In this document: positions 1 to 11,339 of the stretch, piece by piece
Layout: each line of letters opens with the position of its first letter
How positions within the stretch are numbered: position 1 is the first letter of the stretch
The notes under the pieces: model-generated
What the model was told of the DNA's origin: nothing
Databases searched by the model: none
What the model saw: the letters and a program-made list of their open reading frames with translations, nothing else
From: a cyanobacterium endosymbiont of Rhopalodia gibba
Lineage (GTDB): Bacteria; Cyanobacteriota; Cyanobacteriia; Cyanobacteriales; Microcystaceae
DNA: 64,000 nucleotides
NCBI GenBank assembly: GCA_045159875.1
Contig: CP067995.1
Span: 2,400,001 to 2,464,000, forward strand
Reading direction: 5' to 3'
Position numbers and translations under genes: made by a program

Positions 1-746
1 GGAAATTTGATAACCCGATCATTACTTAAGTAAAATGGCTGTTGTGTAGTCAGATGAGGATCAAATTCTATTTGCCAAACTCCTTTAAAATAAATTGCGT
101 TGACTAAAAAAAGTACATCTTCATTACTAATTTGCTCAATAATTTGGGGAATTTTCCCCAGGGTTTTGTCTTTTACCCAACGGTTAATAATTCCCACCGA
201 CTCAGAACTATCAAAATTTAAATTAGTAATTTGAGCTCGATAGTATTCTTGATTAGTTTTAAGAAATTGATAACGAAAAGAAAATCCTTGCCTAGTCCAA
301 AGCGAATTAGCAATTGCTAATTGACCACGATAATCATTTGTCTCTAACGATTTTTCTAGAGTTTTATTTGCATGATTAAAAGCATTAATATCTACTCCTT
401 TAATCCCTAGTGCCCCCGACATTTCTTGCCGAGTGATTCCGCTTGCGCCATTATAGAGCATAGATAAAGCTAGAGCTAAACTAACAGGAGAAACAGCAAT
501 ATTTTGTTCTGAATTTTGTCTGGCTAGGGTGGAAAAGAGCTTAAAACCAAATTGTATCTGAGAATTTACCAGTTTTTCCTTGCCCAAAGACTTGTTCGGG
601 AAAAATATCTTTGGGGAAACTTCTTGTAGTGCTTGAGCGTCTGCTAATATGCTGAAAACTTGAATTTTAGACGAAGGAATAAACCAACTCAAGAGGAATA
701 AACTCAGAAATCCGAAAGTTGTGATCAAAGTTTTTCGATTCGTCAT
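1..746 (-). CDS. Serpin family serine protease inhibitor with hydrophobic N-terminal signal-like segment (runs off the left edge of the window; not in the ORF track)
   Basis: Manual translation from ATG 746 (GGAG RBS upstream) is open for 248 codons. It contains the serpin motifs NIAVSPVSLALALSMLYNGASGITRQEM, LAIANSLW, INRWVKDKTLGKIPQII and FLVNAIYFKGVW. Confidence 0.92.
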   Translation of the reverse strand, partial: MTNRKTLITTFGFLSLFLLSWFIPSSKIQVFSILADAQALQEVSPKIFFPNKSLGKEKLVNSQIQFGFKLFSTLARQNSEQNIAVSPVSLALALSMLYNGASGITRQEMSGALGIKGVDINAFNHANKTLEKSLETNDYRGQLAIANSLWTRQGFSFRYQFLKTNQEYYRAQITNLNFDSSESVGIINRWVKDKTLGKIPQIIEQISNEDVLFLVNAIYFKGVWQIEFDPHLTTQQPFYLSNDRVIKF

Positions 747-980
747 TACTATCACTCCTATTTACCATGCAGCAATGTCCGAGTAAACCCACCCCAGAGC
801 TTTTTTACCTGTGCCTTTTGGGCTACTCTATGCTTTATTAATGAGATTTTTAGACAAAGCATTTTTCTTTTGAGGATATACTTGATTGCTAAACATAAAC
901 CCTTAGAATTGTAAACAAACAATTCTAACCGTTAAAGTCACACTCAGTTGGGGACAAGGAACAGAGGTAAGTTAAAGACC

Positions 981-1664
981 GTGAACATCGCAGAAATCAT
1001 CCAAAAAGGTGGGGTGGCTATGGGCCCGCTACTCTTCTTGTCAGTACTCGTATTAAGTACTATTATTGAGCGTTCCTGGTTCTGGGTAAGATTTCTCCTT
1101 AAAGAAGGGCAAATACTTAATCGAATCATGGATACCGCTGCTAAAAACTGGGATTTAGTTCCAAAAATTGCCAGAGAATACCGTAATCACCCTATAGGCA
1201 ACTATCTTTATAGTCCCCTGAGATTGACTAATCCTGATCCTGAAGTCTTCCATTTAGCTTTAGAATCAGCCGCCGATGATGAATTAGCTCTCATGCGTCG
1301 AGGGGATAAGGTACTAGAAGCCGTCATTGCGCTATCTCCTCTTTTGGGGTTGTTAGGTACAGTATTAGGACTCATTGGTTCTTTAAGTTCAATTCAGATT
1401 AGTGATCTTGGAACAGCCTCAACAGCCGGAGTTACCCTTGGGATTGGCGAAGCCTTAATTTCAACAGCAGTTGGTTTAATTGTGGCCATTGTTAGTTTAG
1501 TTTTTTATCGCATTTTCCAAGCCTTATGGTTCAATCAAGTGAGAGTTTTCCGTAAAACGGGCAGTGAACTGGAGGTGATTTATCGTCAACACTGGTTAGA
1601 AATAGACGATGATCGCTATCCTATAAATACCGATTCGGAGCTTTCCCAAACGGCTGACCACTAA
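981..1664 (+). CDS. exbB: MotA/TolQ/ExbB proton channel protein
   Basis: [13 protein letters not shown]-terminus; [14 protein letters not shown] and [17 protein letters not shown] motifs. GTG 981 is the likely start. Confidence 0.9.
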   Translation: MNIAEIIQKGGVAMGPLLFLSVLVLSTIIERSWFWVRFLLKEGQILNRIMDTAAKNWDLVPKIAREYRNHPIGNYLYSPLRLTNPDPEVFHLALESAADDELALMRRGDKVLEAVIALSPLLGLLGTVLGLIGSLSSIQISDLGTASTAGVTLGIGEALISTAVGLIVAIVSLVFYRIFQALWFNQVRVFRKTGSELEVIYRQHWLEIDDDRYPINTDSELSQTADH

Positions 1665-1690
1665 CTTCTTTGATCTTAGTAAAGGTACTT

Positions 1691-2341
1691 ATGACACAGG
1701 CCACTGGACAAAAATTAAAAAGTCAGAAAAATAAACCCCATGTTCACTCGCGCCCCCTAAAATTGTGGCAAGACACCTCTCTCCAGCAGGAGGTTCGCAT
1801 TGAAATTTTGCCGATGATAGATGTAATCTTTTGCATTTTGACCTTTTTTATTTTGGGAGCTGTGGGATTATCTCGTCAGCAGGCTATGAGCCTGGATTTA
1901 CCTAAGGCTAGCACTGGAACACCGCAAATGCGAGAAATGTTAGTGGTTAGTCTCGATGATTCCGGTCAGGTGTACGTGGAAAAACAACTGGTGACGCGCA
2001 ACCAACTTTTTGATGCAATTAAAAACTATCACGAGTTTAATCCTAATGGTCTGATGGTTCTCCACGCTTCGGGAAATGCTAGTTACAACGAAGTCATTCA
2101 AGTCCTTGATATGCTCAAGCAAGTGGGGGGTGATCGTGTCGCACTAGCAACTTTACCAGGGGAGTCAGATCCCTCCAATAATTCTCTGAATCTGACTCCT
2201 TTGCCATCAAGAAATCAACTACCCAAGAATGTTCCTAGTTCCTGGCCACCAAAAGTTCCGACCAGTCTAGAGCGAGGATCGGGAGATTCCCTTGACATTC
2301 CTCTTAACCCTTCCTCCTCAAGGGGTCCCACATCTCCTTAA
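1691..2341 (+). CDS. exbD: ExbD/TolR biopolymer transport protein with Pro/Ser-rich C-terminal tail
   Basis: IEILPMIDVIFCILTFFI, LDLPKAS and YNEVIQVLDMLKQVG motifs; directly downstream of exbB. Confidence 0.9.
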   Translation: MTQATGQKLKSQKNKPHVHSRPLKLWQDTSLQQEVRIEILPMIDVIFCILTFFILGAVGLSRQQAMSLDLPKASTGTPQMREMLVVSLDDSGQVYVEKQLVTRNQLFDAIKNYHEFNPNGLMVLHASGNASYNEVIQVLDMLKQVGGDRVALATLPGESDPSNNSLNLTPLPSRNQLPKNVPSSWPPKVPTSLERGSGDSLDIPLNPSSSRGPTSP

Positions 2342-2411
2342 ACTCAACTTACTAATTAACTCAAAGAAATAGTGTCCGTCAAATATCCTGTTTAAGGATG
2401 AACTCATAAGA

Positions 2412-2858
2412 CTAATCTTGTGAGTGAGCAACCTTCGTAAAAGATAATCCAGAGCGGCGATAGGCAAGTAGTTGTTCTTCTAACGCAGCAATTCGATTAT
2501 ATGCTGCCGTTAGTTGAGCTGTTAGTCGGCGAACTTGAAGATCCCTTGAGAGAATTATCTCTCCTTCAGGGGAGACCACGCTTTGGTTGTCACGGTCATC
2601 TGAAAGAATGTCCTTGTGTTTCATCACTAACTTCAAGGGTTTGTTAGTGATTGAAAGTTCAGTATTAGGACTCGGAATAAGATGAGAAACACAATCAAAA
2701 GGCTTTTGATTGATGTTAGTAGAAACTTCTGGCGGTTTTACCAAGGTGGAGATCTGTTGACTAACTTGTTCCACCATTTGATGAAGTTGATTGAATTTGT
2801 AATTAAGTTTATTAATTTGTTGCTGTAGCTCATCCATAAGAGTTCCCATAACTAACAC
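2412..2858 (-). CDS. Conserved cyanobacterial coiled-coil hypothetical protein
   Basis: 148-aa ORF with HKDILSD and QVRRLTAQLTAAYNRIAALEEQLL, recalled from cyanobacterial hypotheticals. The start may lie a few codons downstream. Confidence 0.75.
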   Translation of the reverse strand: MLVMGTLMDELQQQINKLNYKFNQLHQMVEQVSQQISTLVKPPEVSTNINQKPFDCVSHLIPSPNTELSITNKPLKLVMKHKDILSDDRDNQSVVSPEGEIILSRDLQVRRLTAQLTAAYNRIAALEEQLLAYRRSGLSFTKVAHSQD

Positions 2859-3029
2859 TTAGATTTATATGTATTATCCTAGAAGTGACCAAGGAAAATC
2901 TTTACATACTCCCGATTAATTTAACGATCCGTTAACTATTCTTAGTTTAATTTAAGAGACACAATTGTCGTTTATTCGCCATAGCTTTTTATAAGTTATT
3001 CAACAGTAATTATTGATACAACATAAGTT

Positions 3030-4208
3030 ATGCCTAGTCGTCGTTCTTTTTTAATTAGTGCGGGTACCCTGGCACTAACGCAATTATTATCGGGATGCGA
3101 CAATCACTCTACTGCATTAAGAGTTTTGTTGTTACAAGGCTCGATTCCTCCCCAATTGTTAAAAGCTTTTCGTCAACAATTTTCTAAAGATCAGCCTCTT
3201 TCTTTCAAACCGACAGCTCAATTAAAAGATCTCTGGAAACAATTACAAAGTTGGCAAGAGAAAAATCGAGATCCTCAAGGTCTTAAAGATTGGTTAAGCC
3301 AACTTCCTTTAATCAACAACACTTCCCATAAGATGAGCGATTTAGTCACCTTAGGAGATGCTTGGTTAGGGAAAGCCATTCAAGATAAGTTAATTCAACC
3401 CCTGACTTTAACTGAGATAGCCAATTGGCAAAAGCTGGGTTCTCGTTGGCAAGCCCTGGTTAAACGAGATGAAGTCGGTAATTTAGATTTACAAGGACAA
3501 ATTTGGGGTGCGCCTTACCGTTGGGGAACTACATTAATTGCCTATCATAGTGATCAATTTGAAACGTTAGGATGGACTCCGACCAATTGGGGAGATTTAT
3601 GGCGAGAGGAATTGCGCCATCGCATCGCAGTTGTTGATCAACCAAGGGAAATTATTGGTTTAACTCTAAAAAAACTTGGTTATTCCTATAATAGCCCAAA
3701 TTTATCCGAGATACCCAACTTATCTTCACAACTCCAAGCTCTAAACCAACAGATAAAATATTATAGTTCTCAATACTATTTACAACCTTTGATTATTGGA
3801 GATGTTTGGCTGAGTGTAGGTTGGTCTAGTGATATTTTACCTTTGATAGCTAAAAATCGAAAAATTAAGGCTATTATCCCTCAATCAGGAACCTCTATTT
3901 GGACAGATATCTGGGTACAACCAAGAGCTAAAGAAGATAATGTTAATTTATCGACATTAACAAAACAATGGATTGATTTTTGTTGGCAAGAATCATCAAT
4001 TAATCAAATTTCTTTATTAACTGATGGCGCCTCGCCAATGATTTATACAACCCCAACAATATCTACAAAAATCCAAACAAATCCTCTCCTATTTGTTGAT
4101 AAAAATATCATGAATAATTGCGATTTTATAGAACCCCTATCCGAGCAAAATAAACAAGAATATGATAAATTTTGGCAGGAAATGAGACAACCTAAAAAAG
4201 GTCAATAA
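3030..4208 (+). CDS. PotD/PotF-like extracellular solute-binding lipoprotein (polyamine ABC transporter family)
   Basis: Tat signal SRRSFL plus lipobox [28 protein letters not shown] and [13 protein letters not shown] motifs. Confidence 0.85.
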   Translation: MPSRRSFLISAGTLALTQLLSGCDNHSTALRVLLLQGSIPPQLLKAFRQQFSKDQPLSFKPTAQLKDLWKQLQSWQEKNRDPQGLKDWLSQLPLINNTSHKMSDLVTLGDAWLGKAIQDKLIQPLTLTEIANWQKLGSRWQALVKRDEVGNLDLQGQIWGAPYRWGTTLIAYHSDQFETLGWTPTNWGDLWREELRHRIAVVDQPREIIGLTLKKLGYSYNSPNLSEIPNLSSQLQALNQQIKYYSSQYYLQPLIIGDVWLSVGWSSDILPLIAKNRKIKAIIPQSGTSIWTDIWVQPRAKEDNVNLSTLTKQWIDFCWQESSINQISLLTDGASPMIYTTPTISTKIQTNPLLFVDKNIMNNCDFIEPLSEQNKQEYDKFWQEMRQPKKGQ

Positions 4209-4224
4209 TCAGGTAATAATTGAG

Positions 4225-4461
4225 ATGAAAAATGTTTTACTTCTACTTATTCAAATATATAGACGTTTGATTTCTCCTTTATTTCCTCCAAGTTGTCGTT
4301 TTCAGCCTACTTGTTCTCAATATGGCTTAGAGGCTGTTGAAAAATTTGGCGTTATCAAAGGAACTTGGATGACAATGAAAAGGATTTTACGCTGTCATCT
4401 TTTACACCCGGGAGGTTATGATCCTGTTCCTCCACGAGAAAAGGATTTAAATCGAAAATAA
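4225..4461 (+). CDS. yidD: Membrane protein insertion efficiency factor YidD
   Basis: [22 protein letters not shown]...[15 protein letters not shown] signature. Confidence 0.95.
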   Translation: MKNVLLLLIQIYRRLISPLFPPSCRFQPTCSQYGLEAVEKFGVIKGTWMTMKRILRCHLLHPGGYDPVPPREKDLNRK

Positions 4462-4558
4462 CATTGGTTTTTGACGAAAACCCCTGCCTAATTTTTGGAG
4501 AAGAAAAGACAGATTCGATGAACTTGACAATAGACCTTGTTGGTTTTTTAAAATTTAC

Positions 4559-5005
4559 TTACGCTTGATGACGAGAGTAATCATCTTGGAAACGAATAAT
4601 ATCATCTTCTCCTAAATATTCCCCATTTTGGACTTCAATAAGAATTAATTTAATCACTCCTGGGTTTTCTAGGCGGTGGACCGTACATTGAGGAACATAA
4701 GTGGATTGGTTAGCCACTAAAATTTCTTCTTTATCTCCACAGACAACTCTAGCAGTTCCTGAAACAATAATCCAGTGCTCGCTACGATGGTGGTGCATTT
4801 GCAAACTGAGACGGTGCCCAGGATTAACTTCAATGCGTTTAATTTTATACCCAGGCCCTTCTTCTAGGGTAGTGAATGATCCCCAAGGCCGCATTTCAGT
4901 AGCACATATACCGCTATGAGAAACAGAAAAAGGGACAGATACAAGACTATTTTTATTGTTAATAGTCTCTTTTTTATTGCTAGTAACTTGTCTTGTTTGA
5001 ACCAT
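4559..5005 (-). CDS. Cupin protein, phosphomannose isomerase type II C-terminal domain
   Basis: RPWGSF, KIKRIEVNPGHRLSLQMHHHRSEHW and IEVQNGEYLGEDDIIRFQDDY motifs. ATG 5005 has a GAGGA RBS. Confidence 0.9.
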   Translation of the reverse strand: MVQTRQVTSNKKETINNKNSLVSVPFSVSHSGICATEMRPWGSFTTLEEGPGYKIKRIEVNPGHRLSLQMHHHRSEHWIIVSGTARVVCGDKEEILVANQSTYVPQCTVHRLENPGVIKLILIEVQNGEYLGEDDIIRFQDDYSRHQA

Positions 5006-5801
5006 ATTATTTATTCCTCGGAAGGTAAAAAAATAAAAATTTAATAATTTTACGACATTCGTTGAATACCGTAGCACAAATCATTCAAAATAGCAGTGAG
5101 CTTGCTGCAAATAATAAAAATAAATCTACTGAGGAAAATATGAGATCAATTTATCTAAATTCTCTATCAATGAGTTTATTTAAATATTCATAGGTAGTCA
5201 GCAATGACTTTAATAACTCTTCTCAAAAAAAAGATAAGATAAACAACGGTATTATATAGATTTAGTTTTATAAAAAATTATAGAGATAATTAAAAGTATT
5301 TTTTTTTATAGATGGTGTATAGTATTTGTGTTTTTCTACAGAATACAAAAAGCTATTTAACTTACTTGTCTAGCTATCAATTTTAAATTTTTAACTAATT
5401 TTTTTAAAATTCAATCTAATATTTTTTATTTCTATTTTATTTCTATATAATAGGTACTTTCAACCAAGTAAATATCAAAAAATAATCTAATTATTGTTGT
5501 TAATTTAATTATTTTTTTTGAAAAAATAATTAAAAATAGCTAATTTTAAATCTAAATTACTTGAATTAAATTAAGCTAAATATTTTTTTATCCCAATACT
5601 TTTAATGAGTAAAAAAAAGTTTTTTAAGGAGAAACAAACTAAAATAATTCCATTTTGTAACTTTATTTGCTAAAAATTTTATTGAGGTGTGAAGAAAGAA
5701 TTTATCTAAATATTTTATCCAGTACGATTGGTAACAATACTTTTAAAAGTAGCAAAAATATCACAGTTTTAAATTAATCGATAAACTTATTAGAGTTATT
5801 T

Positions 5802-5846
5802 ATTATCTATTATTAGAAATAATAATTATTTCTAATAATAGATAAT
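5802..5846. repeat. Near-perfect palindrome (22-bp arms, 1-nt spacer)
   Basis: ATTATCTATTATTAGAAATAAT-A-ATTATTTCTAATAATAGATAAT. Confidence 0.95.
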
Positions 5847-5976
5847 CAAGTTATTATTACATAATACAACCTATAAATTGTTGATATTTTAATAGTTATT
5901 ATTACATCTTTTTTTCTTGATTTTTTGTATAGAAAATAACTTATTTTAGACTTTTTTCTCATTATTTTTTAATAAG

Positions 5977-5998
5977 AAATTTAAAAGCTTTTAAATTT
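5977..5998. repeat. Perfect 22-bp palindrome
   Basis: AAATTTAAAAG|CTTTTAAATTT. Confidence 0.9.
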
Positions 5999-7477
5999 AC
6001 CCCACTTTTTAGTAATAGCTGTACTATATTAATGATTATACTGTAGGCTTTTTACAAGCCTTCTTGTAAGAATATTTTGTCAAAATTATAAAAATGATGT
6101 TATCTATCACTATTTTAATTATACTTTTCTGAGGAAAGAGTTACCTGATCGATATTTCAATCTTCTAGACAAGCTCTAGTAAAACTACATAGAGTCAAAT
6201 CTATATTAAATATGTTAACCTAAATAATCGTAAAATTGTATAACAGTTTAAAAAAGATGTTCATTAGACATCAGCTTGTATAAAAAAATAAGCTAACAGA
6301 ATTAGAATAGCAAAAACTATCGAATTTTATCCGTGCCACACAAATATCTTCCAGGATAAAAAGCAAGAAAGGATAAACAAAATAAAAGTCAAATTAACTC
6401 CAGAAAAAAACTCGTGAAAACTTTTGAAAGAATTTTGAAGATCAAAAGGAATAAAAGTTAATATCAAAATTTATTTATATCCTAAATAAAAAATAAAATA
6501 GTAGCATTTTGGAGTTGAAAATTGACAAATTTTCTGAATCTATCAACTCTCTTTTTAATCAACTTAAATTTATTAATAACAATCTCTATTGTTTCTTAAG
6601 CTTTTCCCTGATTTAAATATACAATTATTTTTATAATCTAATATTTAGTCTGATTGTCCTATTGTTTTTTAGGTATAAAAAATAGTTTTTTGACACTAGC
6701 CAGTTAATTTTGACAATTTTATAAAAATATTAATACCAGTATTATTTATCCCTAAAGATTGCTCTAATTTTTTCTTTAAGCTCATATATTAAAAATAATA
6801 ATGGTTGATATTTTTGTTGCTTTTATTTTTCTTTAACTATGATAATATTTATTCTAGATAAGTTTTATAAAAACTTTAGAGCAAGAGAGAAATAAACCTA
6901 AAATAATCGTTAAAGACGAAAGAATAAATACGGTAATTATTCTTGAAAATTAGTTAGTACATACAAATTTTAAAGCAGAACTAAGATGATAAAAAAAATT
7001 GTATCTATATTTTTGAAAAAATTAAAGTTCATTATTATTCTCTAATAGAAGAGAAATGGTATCTAATAAAAACTCACAGAATGACTAAAATCATGTTTAA
7101 AGATGAATATAACTTAGCTAAAGCAGTTAAACAAAGTTTCACTTAAAAGAGTTACTATAAACTTTATTCTAATTACTTCAATATAAGGATACACAATGAT
7201 TTATATAAAAAACTTGTTTAGAGATACCTACTAAATAGCAAAAATTTTCTTATATAAACTTGCTACTTTTAAAGTAGCTTGACTTAAATTGCATTGTTTT
7301 AAATTTGCTCCATTGAGGTCTTCTCCTCGTAGATTCACTTTGATATAGTTTTTTTGTGATTGTAGTTTTTGATTAATAATTCACTCAGATTTAGTTAAAA
7401 AATAAGAGTTTTACCTGAACGAATTAGTCAAGTTTTGGAAATTTAAAGAAAAGTCTTAAAACATCGATAATTATAAA

Positions 7478-9391
7478 TTATTGATGTTTGTTTTTTGACC
7501 ATAAATTTTTTAAAGTATCTAAAGTAAAATCAAGATAAGAGCTTAGCCACCGTAAAAGATCTTGAGTACCTGCCATTTCCCAAATCCAATATAAAAGTAT
7601 TGGATTTTTTCGAGCAGCTTTTAAGGCTAATTGGCTAAACATTATCCAAGTAGTTTTATCCTTAATAAGGGTATCTGCTACCTCTGTAGGAGAATCTGCG
7701 AGGAGTCCGAAAAAAGTATTTAGTATCGCATTAATTCTTTGAGGAGGCAAGGGTTTTCCAGTGGGAACCATCATTCCTTTAGAAAATAACCATGTTACTG
7801 CAACATTACTTTGATAGGCACGAATTTCATTTAAATCTTTTGCTGTTAAACGATTATTTTTTAGTGCTACATCTAAAGAACGAGTTAAACGAGCTAAATT
7901 GCGGACTAAAGAGCCAAAACCTGTAAAAATCAAAGGAGATTGTAAAGAAGCAGCATCCCCAATTGATAAAAGTCGCTCAAAAGCTACTTGACGATCTCGT
8001 TTCCTCATAGAAAAGTGACCTGGAATATAACCAAAAGTTGGCTTTTTCCAAACTAATTTCTCTAAATCACAGCGACGATACTCCGGTAGGATATTAAAAA
8101 AGTCTTCATACATTTCCAATAAAGATCCAGGGTTTTCAGAATGTATTTCATGATAATGAAATAAATAAATTGTCAACTCATCTCCTTTTCCTGGAAATAA
8201 TTCCCAAATCAATTGTCGTCCACGGGAAATATCTCCATGGGAGTTTAATATATCTCCATATTTTGAGTTCCAAACTTTAGGAGATAATCCTTCAACAATT
8301 GCTCCTACTGTCGGACAAACACTATTGAAAGTTTGCTTGCCATTCATTTGCCAAGCAATAGGAGAAGCTGTTCCCATAGCATCAATCAATAATCTCCCTC
8401 TCACTTTTCGAGAAGTTTTATGATCTAAGTTGACTAACTGTATCGTTACTCCATCATGGTCAATGTCAGCACGAATAAATTCTGTTTTATCTAAGATTTT
8501 TCCCCCTAATTTAAGTAACTTTTTTCCACATAAATTCAAAAACTTAGTGGTATCAATAGCAATATTTAAAACTGTGGGAGTATTTAAAACCTTTGCTTTA
8601 AGATGGGGAGGATTATTGCCATCAAAAAATTTGCTAAATCCATCAACATATTCTCTGACAATAATACTTTCAAATTCTTCTGGAGTGAATAATCCTAAAT
8701 CAATTAAAGTTTGAAATTCAGAACGGGAAATGTTCCATTCTCGGTTCATCCATCCAAAAGCTAATCGTTCTACTACTAACACTTGATAGCCTAATTGTGC
8801 CATCATCGCTGCGTGAATTGCGCCTAAAGCACCACCAACATAAATAATGTCGTAAGCCATCATAGTTTCTTTGGAGGATTCTTGACAGTCAAATATGACC
8901 TGCTTGGGTTTTTGTGAGCTTCGTACCCCTTCACGCCAGCGTTTTTCCCACCAATACACCCTTTGTAAATCTATTTCCCCTTGGGGCATTTTTCGGAAAA
9001 AATGAACGGTTTGGGGATAATTATCTTCTAAGGACTCAAAGATTGAAGTTGCTGATAAATCGAGATCACAAATTTGGGGATATTGAGGGGGAAAAACCTG
9101 TCGAATGTCCTTGGTTAATTGATGGCGAATATTTCCCTCTGAAGGAAATGGCTTGTTCCCCCAACGAAACATTTTAAGATAAGTAGTTCGTTGAACTGAC
9201 CAAAGAAAAATTGATAACTCTGTCTCGGAAATGGTAAGTCTAGTTGATACAGAATTAGAGATCACTTGTAACCGAATACCTTGGGGGGTAATCACCTTTT
9301 GTCCTACCTGGGGAGTCCATTTATCTTTCAACCAGTTAGAGACAATATCTATATGGGGTGTTGGAACTTCTAAGTAAAGGATTTCTTGCAT
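7478..9391 (-). CDS. cruA: CruA-type lycopene cyclase (FAD-dependent oxidoreductase)
   Basis: N-terminal extension MQEILYLEVPTP; Rossmann motif YDIIYVGGALG; MNREWNISR, IDAMGTASPIA and IGDAASLQSPLIFTGFGSLVRNL of the CruA/CruP family. The length favours CruA over CruP. Confidence 0.75.
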   Translation of the reverse strand: MQEILYLEVPTPHIDIVSNWLKDKWTPQVGQKVITPQGIRLQVISNSVSTRLTISETELSIFLWSVQRTTYLKMFRWGNKPFPSEGNIRHQLTKDIRQVFPPQYPQICDLDLSATSIFESLEDNYPQTVHFFRKMPQGEIDLQRVYWWEKRWREGVRSSQKPKQVIFDCQESSKETMMAYDIIYVGGALGAIHAAMMAQLGYQVLVVERLAFGWMNREWNISRSEFQTLIDLGLFTPEEFESIIVREYVDGFSKFFDGNNPPHLKAKVLNTPTVLNIAIDTTKFLNLCGKKLLKLGGKILDKTEFIRADIDHDGVTIQLVNLDHKTSRKVRGRLLIDAMGTASPIAWQMNGKQTFNSVCPTVGAIVEGLSPKVWNSKYGDILNSHGDISRGRQLIWELFPGKGDELTIYLFHYHEIHSENPGSLLEMYEDFFNILPEYRRCDLEKLVWKKPTFGYIPGHFSMRKRDRQVAFERLLSIGDAASLQSPLIFTGFGSLVRNLARLTRSLDVALKNNRLTAKDLNEIRAYQSNVAVTWLFSKGMMVPTGKPLPPQRINAILNTFFGLLADSPTEVADTLIKDKTTWIMFSQLALKAARKNPILLYWIWEMAGTQDLLRWLSSYLDFTLDTLKNLWSKNKHQ

Positions 9392-9551
9392 CTCAAAATT
9401 GTTAGAAAAAAACTTAAGAAAAAATACATAATTTATTCTTGTCGAAAAAAACTAAACTTAGGCTCTGCTGTAGAGTGACAAATACTTTTATAAAACTTTA
9501 CAATTGTTTCATATCATCGTCCACATTATCTAATGCCGTAGTTAAGTTGTT

Positions 9552-9785
9552 ATGCATTATCCCATCCCTGCTAGTCCTGAAGAAATCTTTGCCCTCCGCA
9601 GTCAACCTGTTGATGAAGAAATGATTGTTGTGGCGATCGCTGGTGTTATTAAACTTGCCCGTTCTCAGGGACAATCGTTAGATGAGTTAACCGCGGAAGT
9701 TTTACAAGATGATCCTATACTCGATCTCGTTCAACGCCGTTGGCTGAGTAATCTTGTAGAGCAAGCATGGCAAGTGTTACCTTGA
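9552..9785 (+). CDS. Small conserved cyanobacterial hypothetical protein
   Basis: 77 aa; IAGVIKLARSQGQSLDELTAEVLQDD..L...QRRWLS pattern; immediately upstream of cobA-hemD. Confidence 0.75.
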   Translation: MHYPIPASPEEIFALRSQPVDEEMIVVAIAGVIKLARSQGQSLDELTAEVLQDDPILDLVQRRWLSNLVEQAWQVLP

Positions 9786-9809
9786 AACAAGTTAAAGGCA
9801 TGAGAGTAG

Positions 9810-11339
9810 ATGAGTAATCGTCGAGGAAAAGTTTATATAGTAGGGGCGGGAATTGGTTCTGTTGCTTATTTAACTCTCAGAGGACAACAGTTACTAAGTA
9901 ACGCCCAAGTTCTAATTTATGACGATTTAGTTGATTCTCAACTCCTCGATTTAGCTCCAGAAAATTGTCTGAAGCTAAATGTAGGGAAACGAGGAGGCTT
10001 CCCTAGCACCAATCAAAATACTATTAATCAGCTTTTGGTGACTTATTGTTTTCAAGGAAAACAGATAGTTAGGTTAAAAAGTGGCGATCCCTCAATTTTT
10101 GGTCGAGTTAACTCTGAAATTAAAGTCCTAACCCAAGCAAATTGTAATTATGAATTAGTTCCAGGGATTTCTTCGGTCTTAGCTGCTCCCTTCTTAGCTG
10201 GAATTCCTCTGACAGACAAACAGTTAAGTTGCTGTTTCACGGTTTTAACAGGTCATCAACCGGATTCACTTGACTGGGAAGCCTTAGCGAAAATAGATAC
10301 ATTAGTCATTTTGATGGCGGGAAAGACATTACCCCGAATTGTCTCTCAGTTACAAAAAAATGGGCGATCATTTTTAGAACCTGCTGCGATTATCCGTCAA
10401 GGGGGCAGTCCTCAACAAGAAGTTTGGATCTCGACGTTAGGAGATATAGTAAATCAAGTATCAGGGGTATCTTTATCTCCTGCGGTTATTGTCATTGGCG
10501 AAGTGGTTGGTCTGAGAAATGTGGACTTTTCTTACAGTCCCCTTGCAGGACAAACAGTTTTAGTTACCCGTGCGGCAGAACAATCAAGTCAGTTTAGCTT
10601 GATGTTACAACAACAAGGAGCAAGGGTAATTGAAATGCCAGCTTTAGAAATTATTCCCCCCTTGAGTTGGAAGGGTTTAGATCATGATATTGAGAAACTA
10701 TCTAGCTTTGATTGGTTGATTTTTACCTCAGCAAATGGGATTAAATTCTTTTTTCAACGGTTAGAAACTTTAGGTAAAGATGTTCGGGCATTGGCAGGGA
10801 TTAAACTAGCAGTAGTGGGAAGAAAAACGGCTTACGTACTGAAAAAATATGGATTAAAACCTGATTTTATTCCGCCTGATTTTGTAGCTGATTCCTTAGT
10901 AGAAAACTTTCCAGAATCTTTAGAGAATAAAAATATTTTATTCCCCCGTGTTGAAACAGGAGGTCGAGATTTTTTGGTTAAAAAATTAAAACAGCAAGGA
11001 GCGCAAGTCTCAGAAATAGCGACTTATCAGTCAAGATGTCCTGATAAAATTAATCATAAAGCTTGGGAAGTTTTACGACAAGGAAAAGTTAATATTATTA
11101 CTTTTAGTAGTTCTAAGACTGTTCGTAATTTTCATTATTTAATCTGTCAGCAGTTAGAGAGTGGAACACGCAAAAAAATATCATCTATTTTAGAAAAAGT
11201 GATTATCGCATCTATTGGACCTCAAACCTCTAAAACTTGTTATGAACTTTTAGGAAAAATTGACATTGAAGCCAAAGAATATACCTTAGAAGGGTTAACA
11301 AAAGCGCTAGTAGCAAAAATAGAGAATGTCCAATACTAA
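9810..11339 (+). CDS. cobA: Fused uroporphyrinogen-III C-methyltransferase / uroporphyrinogen-III synthase (CobA-HemD)
   Basis: GKVYIVGAG, VRLKSGDPSIFGR and VPGISS (methyltransferase); VLVTRA, FDWLIFTSANG, ITFSSSKTV and SIGPQTS (HemD). Confidence 0.93.
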   Translation: MSNRRGKVYIVGAGIGSVAYLTLRGQQLLSNAQVLIYDDLVDSQLLDLAPENCLKLNVGKRGGFPSTNQNTINQLLVTYCFQGKQIVRLKSGDPSIFGRVNSEIKVLTQANCNYELVPGISSVLAAPFLAGIPLTDKQLSCCFTVLTGHQPDSLDWEALAKIDTLVILMAGKTLPRIVSQLQKNGRSFLEPAAIIRQGGSPQQEVWISTLGDIVNQVSGVSLSPAVIVIGEVVGLRNVDFSYSPLAGQTVLVTRAAEQSSQFSLMLQQQGARVIEMPALEIIPPLSWKGLDHDIEKLSSFDWLIFTSANGIKFFFQRLETLGKDVRALAGIKLAVVGRKTAYVLKKYGLKPDFIPPDFVADSLVENFPESLENKNILFPRVETGGRDFLVKKLKQQGAQVSEIATYQSRCPDKINHKAWEVLRQGKVNIITFSSSKTVRNFHYLICQQLESGTRKKISSILEKVIIASIGPQTSKTCYELLGKIDIEAKEYTLEGLTKALVAKIENVQY

